NCBI GenBank assembly: GCA_947501605.1 | Contig: CANMWZ010000001.1 | Location: 64,001 to 128,000, forward strand | Direction: 5' to 3' | Length of the DNA: 64,000 nt | Origin: Planctomycetota bacterium | GTDB lineage: Bacteria; Planctomycetota; UBA1135; UBA2386 | Part shown: positions 57,943 to 64,000 of the stretch, piece after piece | Position numbering within the stretch: the first letter of the stretch is position 1 | How the letters are laid out: every line of letters starts with the position of its first letter | The notes under the pieces: model-generated | The model's database searches: none | Seen by the model: only the letters and a program-made list of their open reading frames with translations | Told to the model about the DNA's origin: nothing | Program-made: the position numbers and the translations under genes

Positions 57943-59199
57943 TCAGCGCGGCCCGGTGACGTCGATGCCACCGCGCAAGAAGACGGCTTCCATGTAGTCG
58001 AGGACCGACCGCACGTAGGCGCGCTTCTCATTGTAGGGCCCGGCGTAGAACGCGCGCTTGAACCCGTAGATCAGCACGTCCTTGAGCGCGCGCGCGTCGA
58101 GCCCGAAGGTCTCGACCGCCTTCTGGACTTCGTCGGTCATGGTGGTGCGCGACACCAGCCGGTTGTCGGTGCAAAGCGTGACGCTGCAGCGCTCCTTGCG
58201 CATCAACCGGAACGGGTGCTTCGACAGGTCGTCGCGCAGTTCGGGGATCGTCTGCTGGTTGCTCGTGAGACAGACCTCGAGGGTGATCCGGCGGTCGGCG
58301 ACGTAGCGGACGAGCTTGTCGATGAAGGCCTGCTTGTCGGTGATCGCCGGGTCCTTGATGTGCCGACGACTGAACATCCAGGTGCCATGACCGATGCGAT
58401 CCGCATGGCAGTCCGTGATCGCCTGGAAGATCGACTCGGGCCCGTAGTCCTCGCCAGCATGAACAGTCTTGCCGAGGAAGTGCTCGTGCGCGAGTTGGTA
58501 GGCCGATTGGTGGTCCTTGGCCGGGAAGCCGCGCTCCTGGCCAGCAAGGTCGAAACCGACGATCGGCAGACCATCGTCCTCAACCGCCCGCACGGCGGAA
58601 CGGGCGAGTTCGAGCGAGGCAAGCCCATAGATCGAGGTCGGCGGCGCTGACGGCAACGCATCGAAGTAGGCGCGATAGTGCGCACTGAACACTGGCAGGA
58701 AGAAGCGCAACGCACACACGATCACACCGCACTCGAAGCGCGGGACCTCCCCACGCTGCACGCGAGGGTCCTTGTTGATCTCCTTCTTGGCGCGCTCCAA
58801 TCCGCGACACACCGCCGCGAGCACTTCGCGGATCGTGAACCCAGCCTGCGCATGCAGCTGCGGCGCAAAGCGGACCTCGATGTAGAAGACGTTCTCCTTG
58901 CGGCAGTCGATCGCGAGTTCGTAGGCCACGCGTTCCAACGACTCCGGCTCCTGCATGCACGCAACCGTGAGCTCAAACCCTCGCAAGTACTCCGGCAAGT
59001 TCTTGTAGGCCCGCTTGAAGACCAGATCGAGCAGGCCATCTGGCGTTTGGCTCGGCAGCACGACTCTGCGCTTCTTGGCCAGTTCGATGAGCGTCGGCAG
59101 TCGGAGACTCCCGTCGAGATGGAGATGCAGATCGGACTTGGGGAGTTCCGCGAGGATGTCCCGCGAGAGGAGGGGCGTTGCAGCTCGACGGCTCGGCAT
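57943..59199 (-). CDS. add: Adenosine/adenine deaminase family protein
   Basis: LPKSDLHLHLDGS, EVRFAP, TVHAGE, RIGHG, EVCLTSN, TDN. Confidence 0.93.
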   Translation of the reverse strand: MPSRRAATPLLSRDILAELPKSDLHLHLDGSLRLPTLIELAKKRRVVLPSQTPDGLLDLVFKRAYKNLPEYLRGFELTVACMQEPESLERVAYELAIDCRKENVFYIEVRFAPQLHAQAGFTIREVLAAVCRGLERAKKEINKDPRVQRGEVPRFECGVIVCALRFFLPVFSAHYRAYFDALPSAPPTSIYGLASLELARSAVRAVEDDGLPIVGFDLAGQERGFPAKDHQSAYQLAHEHFLGKTVHAGEDYGPESIFQAITDCHADRIGHGTWMFSRRHIKDPAITDKQAFIDKLVRYVADRRITLEVCLTSNQQTIPELRDDLSKHPFRLMRKERCSVTLCTDNRLVSRTTMTDEVQKAVETFGLDARALKDVLIYGFKRAFYAGPYNEKRAYVRSVLDYMEAVFLRGGIDVTGPR

Positions 59200-59316
59200 G
59201 ACGCGATCTTGGGCGGCCGAAGTGCTCGGGGCAAGCGCGGCCTCGGTGCGCCTTGCGGACCGAGACGACCTCGTGCTTGGCGCCGAAACGCGCGCCTCCT
59301 ACCGTGGGCCGCTTCG

Positions 59317-60699
59317 ATGTCTGCAAGCTGGGAGTATGTACAGGCTGACGCGCTCGAGCGTGCGCGCTTCGTCGACCACGCGTCGATCCTGGCACTGCCG
59401 CACGAACTCGCGGCACCGCCAAACCGGGCCCGCAGCGTCCTGCGCCTGGGGCTCGACGGCAGGCGGTGGTACTTCAAACAATTCGGCAGGACCTCGCTCC
59501 AGAACCGCTGGCGTTTCCGGACCACGCGGCCGCACGCCCAGGACGACGCCGAACGCGAAGTCCTCATCACGATGGCCTTGCGGGAACGCGGCATCGAGAC
59601 GCCGCGGCCGGTGCTCCGCGGACACACGCAGGATGGGCAGTCCTTCTATCTGTGCGCCGAGATGCCGGGTCGGCCCTTGCGCTTGTGGCTGCGCGACGGC
59701 CCCCTCGCCCCGGCGATGCTGCAACTCGCAGCGGCGTTCTGCGGCGACCTACTGGCCCAGGGTTTCCACCTGCCTGACCTGTCGGCCGAACACCTGTTCG
59801 CGCGCCAGGAGATCGCCTTCTTCCACTTCGGCGTCATCGATCTGCACAACGGCCGTCTGGCGCCGCCTGGTGCTGCGCCGCTTTGGCTGTGCCGCCGCGT
59901 GCTGCGCCACTTCCAGCGTTCGGTTCAGGACCTGCCCATCGAGCGCTACACGGCGCTGCGCTTCGCCGCGCGGCTGTTGCGCACCGCGGGACGCGGCAGC
60001 GAGACTCGGTCCATCCTGCGCTCGTTGCCACCGATGGACACCGCCGCACGCTACGAAGTCGACGGCAAGGCAAAGGAGTACAAGGACCGCAATCCCAACC
60101 GCACGGAGCGCGAACTCGACCTACTCGCCAAGGTCTGGCCGGGGCGCCCCGCCGAAGTCGTGCTCGATGCTCCCTGCGGCGCCGGCCGGCTGCTGCCCTT
60201 CTTGCGCGCCCGCGAACACAAGGTGGTCCAGATGGACCGCGCCTTCGCGATGCTACAGCAAGCGCGAGAACTGCGCGGCGATGTGCCGACAGCGCAGGCG
60301 CACGCTCTCGCACTGCCGCTCGCCGACGGCGCGGTCGACGGCGTCGTGATGTTCCGGTTTCTGCATCATCTCCAGCCGTCGGCGCAGAAGCTCGCGGTCG
60401 CCGAAGCCTGTCGCACGGCGCGGCGATTCGTGGTCGCCAGCTTCTTCCATCCGTGCAGTGTGCACCATGCAGTGCGCCGCGCACGCGACCTCTGTGCGCG
60501 GCGAGCACCGACGCGCTATGCCGTGACGCTGTCGCGCGTCGAACGCTGGTTCGCGCAAGCCGGGTTCGAGCTGCAATCGCACGTGGCGGAGCTACCGTTC
60601 GGGAAGGACCTTTGGATCGCGAGCTTCGTCCGCGCCCAACGTCAGAATGCCGCGGCCGCGGCCGCGACGGTCATTCCTGGTCCGGGCGCGAGCGTTTGA
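59317..60699 (+). CDS. Fusion: Kdo/WaaP-type LPS kinase-like domain + class I SAM methyltransferase
   Basis: N-terminal WYFKQF…AERE…GIETP…LPDLSAEHLF…VIDL; C-terminal VLDAPCGAGR, LPLADGAVD, RFLHH. Confidence 0.8.
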   Translation: MSASWEYVQADALERARFVDHASILALPHELAAPPNRARSVLRLGLDGRRWYFKQFGRTSLQNRWRFRTTRPHAQDDAEREVLITMALRERGIETPRPVLRGHTQDGQSFYLCAEMPGRPLRLWLRDGPLAPAMLQLAAAFCGDLLAQGFHLPDLSAEHLFARQEIAFFHFGVIDLHNGRLAPPGAAPLWLCRRVLRHFQRSVQDLPIERYTALRFAARLLRTAGRGSETRSILRSLPPMDTAARYEVDGKAKEYKDRNPNRTERELDLLAKVWPGRPAEVVLDAPCGAGRLLPFLRAREHKVVQMDRAFAMLQQARELRGDVPTAQAHALALPLADGAVDGVVMFRFLHHLQPSAQKLAVAEACRTARRFVVASFFHPCSVHHAVRRARDLCARRAPTRYAVTLSRVERWFAQAGFELQSHVAELPFGKDLWIASFVRAQRQNAAAAAATVIPGPGASV

Positions 60700-62134
60700 G
60701 GATCGAGAGGAAGTCCTGTTTGTCGGACTTGTTGTCGTTGGACTCAGGCGGCTTGGTCGGCTTCGCCGGTGCCGCACTCGGCGCCGGACGCGCCGCTGGC
60801 TTGCCGCCGCCGAACACCGAGTCGAGCGCCGTATGCGTCGCCCCGCGGTTCATGCGCAGCGGCGCTTCCTGCTTGTCCTTCTTGTCTTTGCCATCGCCGA
60901 GCATCGCGTCGAGCATGCCCTTGTGGGGCTTCTGGTCGTCGTTGGCATCCAGTGCCGCAAACGCCTCCTGCATCGATTGCTCCAGGCTGAGCTTGGTGCC
61001 ACCCGTAGGGTCCAGAGTCACAGCGCCGACGATGATGCCCTCACGAGCAAGGCGGACGAGGATCAGATAGACCTCGAACAGTGGCAGGCCCAGCACGGCA
61101 ACGAGGCCCTTGGGCGACATGGTGCCGTTGACCTGCGACAACAACTTGATCTCGAGCACATCGAGTGCGACGTCCCCCATGCGCGCGAACATGTCCTCGC
61201 TCGGCTCCACCGGCTTCGCCGCGTCGGGGAACATCTTGCGCATGCTGCGCCAGTCGTCGACTCGCTTGCTGCCTTCGAGCAACACGGAGGTTATGCCGAT
61301 GCGCATGTCGTGCTCGTCGGCGAAGGCGGGAAGCTTGTCTTGGCGACGGTAGTAGAACACCACCGGCCCGTCCTCGATCAAGAACTCGTAGAGAGCCTCG
61401 CGCCCGAACAGCCGCAGCATCTCGCGCAGTTCGTCTTTGCGGAAGTGCCCCGAATCGAACAGCGCCAGTACGATCGGACGACCCGAGCGCGTTCGCTCCG
61501 CTTCTGCGACCTCGACCGCCGCCGCCGGCAACTCGCGCTGATGCAACGAATCGCTCGCTGGGATGACGCGCCGCGTCAGATGATGCGGGTCGAGGTAGAC
61601 GATGCGGCCGTCCCGCATGTAGATGTCGAGCCGGTTGTCGGCCTTCTCCAGCGACAGGCAACCGCAGTGCTTGCCAGCAGCGAGCATCTGCAGCACTTCC
61701 TCGAGCGACAAGAAGTCCGTGCGGCTCGCGAAGTTGAAGTCTTGGTTGCCGTGGCTCGATCGCAACAGCACCTGGTCGAACGCACGCGACAGCTCGGTCA
61801 GCGTCGCCATCGAGTAGAGCGAGCCCATCACCCACTCGGCCGCGCGCTGCGGCACGCGAGCAGGATCGCTGGCGGCGAACTCGTGCATCGCTTGGCGCAC
61901 ACTGGAGAACAACAACTCCATCACCAAGTCGCGCGTGTCGGTCTTGCTGCCTTCCATGCGACGCTTGCGTTCGACAAGGTCCTGGACGCGCTTCAGCATC
62001 GACGCGAGCGCTGCTTCTGAGCGTTCGCGATCCTGTGCGACCAACGCCTCGACGGCGCTGCCGACATGGGACTTCAGCTCCTCGCCGAGTCCCCGTGCGT
62101 CCAAGTTGTCGCGCTCCACGGCAATATCCGACAC
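60671..62134 (-). CDS. DUF4388 (PatA-N-like) domain protein
   Basis: SLEEVLQML…GCLSL…IYMRDGRIV; LLEGSKRVDDW; winged-helix-like C-terminal part. Confidence 0.8.
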   Translation of the reverse strand: MSDIAVERDNLDARGLGEELKSHVGSAVEALVAQDRERSEAALASMLKRVQDLVERKRRMEGSKTDTRDLVMELLFSSVRQAMHEFAASDPARVPQRAAEWVMGSLYSMATLTELSRAFDQVLLRSSHGNQDFNFASRTDFLSLEEVLQMLAAGKHCGCLSLEKADNRLDIYMRDGRIVYLDPHHLTRRVIPASDSLHQRELPAAAVEVAEAERTRSGRPIVLALFDSGHFRKDELREMLRLFGREALYEFLIEDGPVVFYYRRQDKLPAFADEHDMRIGITSVLLEGSKRVDDWRSMRKMFPDAAKPVEPSEDMFARMGDVALDVLEIKLLSQVNGTMSPKGLVAVLGLPLFEVYLILVRLAREGIIVGAVTLDPTGGTKLSLEQSMQEAFAALDANDDQKPHKGMLDAMLGDGKDKKDKQEAPLRMNRGATHTALDSVFGGGKPAARPAPSAAPAKPTKPPESNDNKSDKQDFLSILKRSRPDQE

Positions 62135-62208
62135 ATCTTCGGCTTTGCGCTGGCACCGGCTTGACGTCGCACTTCCGCACAGAGACCGCGACCGTCTATG
62201 GTAGGTCG

Positions 62209-63165
62209 ATGCTCGCTCGTTCCACGACCTGGCTCTGGCTCGCGCTCCCCGCGGTCGGCATGGCGGAGCCGCCATGCCAGGGGCAGTTCGCCGACCCTGC
62301 CGCGTGCGCGCAGTGCCACCGCGCCGTGCACAACGAGTGGCAAGCAAGCGCACACGCGCGCGCCTTCGTCGACCCTGTGTTTGTGCGCGCAATGCAGAAT
62401 CGCAGCAAGCCGGAGCGCTGCGTTCCGTGCCATGCACCGGCCACTGTGCTCGATCGATTGGGGCAGATGCCGCACGCGCGGGCCGAGAACCGCGAGCACG
62501 GCGTGGACTGCAGGAGCTGCCATAGCCGAGGCGAAGTCATCCACGGTCCGAGTGGCGGCGACACAGCTGCGCACCAGACCGTGAAGGACCCGACGTTCAC
62601 GACTGCCGGGAGCACCGCTCTCTGCAGCAGTTGCCACGACCTCCGCATCGCCGATGTCCTGCCCCTGGCTCGAGAGTTCCGCGCCGCACAGGAAGCGACC
62701 GCTGGCGACGAGAGCTGCATCGGATGCCATATGGAGTCAGTACAGCGGCCGGTAGCCAACGAACCAGATGCGGCGACACCGGCGGGTCCTGTGCGCGCAG
62801 GCCGCAGTCACCGACTGCTGGGCCCCGATGACGCGGCCTTCTGCGCTACCGCCTTCGAGTTCCGGCTTGCCGAGGACGGCGACCGCCGCCGACTCATCCT
62901 CAACTGCGGTGCCGGTCATGGCGTGCCCGGACTCGCTCGCTTGCGCAGCTTTACGATTCGTCTCCGGATGCTCGATCGCAATGGCGCGGCATTGCACGCA
63001 GCTTCCACGACAATCTCATGGCAGAACCGCCTGCTGGTCGACGAAGAGCGACGGTGGGATCTGCCGCCTCGCGCCGGTGCAGTTGCATTGCGCGTCGAAG
63101 TGGACCACATCTTCGCCGATCGCAAACCGACGCCGATCCTCGACCGGACCTGGGAGCTGCAGTGA
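62209..63165 (+). CDS. Pentaheme c-type cytochrome (paralog of 19168-20184)
   Basis: CAQCH, CVPCH, CRSCH, CSSCH, CIGCH; EWQASAH; NCGAGHGVP. Confidence 0.9.
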   Translation: MLARSTTWLWLALPAVGMAEPPCQGQFADPAACAQCHRAVHNEWQASAHARAFVDPVFVRAMQNRSKPERCVPCHAPATVLDRLGQMPHARAENREHGVDCRSCHSRGEVIHGPSGGDTAAHQTVKDPTFTTAGSTALCSSCHDLRIADVLPLAREFRAAQEATAGDESCIGCHMESVQRPVANEPDAATPAGPVRAGRSHRLLGPDDAAFCATAFEFRLAEDGDRRRLILNCGAGHGVPGLARLRSFTIRLRMLDRNGAALHAASTTISWQNRLLVDEERRWDLPPRAGAVALRVEVDHIFADRKPTPILDRTWELQ

Positions 63166-64000
63166 CCGACAAGACAACCACGCCACTGCAGGAAGCTCAG
63201 GCGACGCTGGCAGAGCTGGGCCTGAAGGAATCGCCACGCCGCCACAACCTGCAATCGAGCCACAGCTCGTCGGTCCCGCTCGCCTGCGAGGGCAAGGACG
63301 GCCGCACCTTCCTGTTGAAGTGGTTCTTGCCGCAGAAGCTCCATCACATCTATCCAGCTGGCGCGAGGCCTGAGGACTTCGCCCGACGTGAGGCTGGGTT
63401 CTACCGACTGCTCGACAGCATCGACCCGGATCGGCGCGACCTCCCAACACCTCGGACGATTCTGGTCGGTCCCGGCGATCCTCCGCGTTGGCTGCTGCTC
63501 GAATGGTTGCAAGGCGCACCGGGCCCCGCCGAAGAGGTGCTGCTGCAAGACCACGTGCTGGAACTGCTGCGTCGGCTTCAATCGGTGCCCACCGATCGAC
63601 TGTTGGGTCGCCGTGACTTCCCGCTGAACCACTGGGATCCCATCGGGTATCTCGAACGGATCCGATTGATGTACGACGCCGTGCTCAACGTGCTCGGGGA
63701 ACCGCGCTGGCGCCATCTGTTGAAGTTCTTCGACGAAGCCGTCCGCTGGCTCGACGGCCGCAAGCCGGTGCTCGTTCATGGCGACTTCGTCGAGGCGAAC
63801 ATCGTCGTCGATACCAACGACCGCCCGCACTTGCTCGATTTCGAACGCGTCGGCATGGGCAACAGCGACCACGACTTTGCGACCTTCTGGATCCACAGCA
63901 CGCGCTCCCACGAGTGGAAGAAGAGCCTCTTGATGCGCTGGCTCGGCAACGGTGTCGGCGGCGATCGCATTCGCAGCGAGTGGGGCATCCGGACGGCCCT
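63162..64000 (+). CDS. APH/choline-kinase-like phosphotransferase, 3' truncated (not in ORF track)
   Basis: GTGA overlap; open to window end; FLLKWF, LLLEW, VHGDFVEANI, LLDFE. Confidence 0.88.
   Translation, partial: MTDKTTTPLQEAQATLAELGLKESPRRHNLQSSHSSSVPLACEGKDGRTFLLKWFLPQKLHHIYPAGARPEDFARREAGFYRLLDSIDPDRRDLPTPRTILVGPGDPPRWLLLEWLQGAPGPAEEVLLQDHVLELLRRLQSVPTDRLLGRRDFPLNHWDPIGYLERIRLMYDAVLNVLGEPRWRHLLKFFDEAVRWLDGRKPVLVHGDFVEANIVVDTNDRPHLLDFERVGMGNSDHDFATFWIHSTRSHEWKKSLLMRWLGNGVGGDRIRSEWGIRTA

Noticed and set aside
13115..62020. Long alternative ORFs in the track (e.g. 13115-14629, 20001-21383, 24125-25672, 30154-31521, 60647-62020)
   Set aside because: Antisense or off-frame shadows of well-supported genes, expected at high GC; no recognisable motifs
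1700..62185. Shared GCACAGA motif upstream of the YHS, UGA-UGA and cytochrome genes as an ECF promoter
   Set aside because: Short motif with inconsistent spacing to any -10 element; compatible with chance

Overview
GC-rich bacterial chromosomal window, densely coding, with about 55 CDS and 2 tRNAs. I see no prophage, integrase, transposase or CRISPR. Gene content (ECF sigma/anti-sigma pair, many lipoproteins, HEAT, DUF1570-like and DUF4388-like proteins, multiheme cytochromes) suggests Planctomycetota or a related PVC lineage; this is inference only. Recognisable blocks: an SBP-histidine kinase-sigma54 activator locus running into a phosphatase/cytochrome c' fusion, an Fe3+-type ABC transporter and a pentaheme cytochrome; a complete mreB-mreC-mreD-pbp2-rodA operon; lnt, moeA, a tandem RND system, an agmatinase, folE, a galT-like gene, gltX, an orphan cheB, crcB and an adenosine deaminase. 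The most striking signal is absent from the ORF track: on the minus strand at 56845-57804 a signal peptide is followed by two adjacent in-frame UGA codons, a SECIS-like hairpin 11 nt downstream, a Gly/Ser/Pro linker and a CxxC thioredoxin-like domain, i.e. a candidate secreted Sec-Sec selenoprotein. Other items: an internally duplicated MreC, a kinase-methyltransferase fusion, a MITE next to gltX, an unannotated 54-aa membrane protein, a candidate anti-SD-loop sRNA and several short tandem repeats. All calls come from motif reading by eye; no searches were run, and start codons are best guesses.
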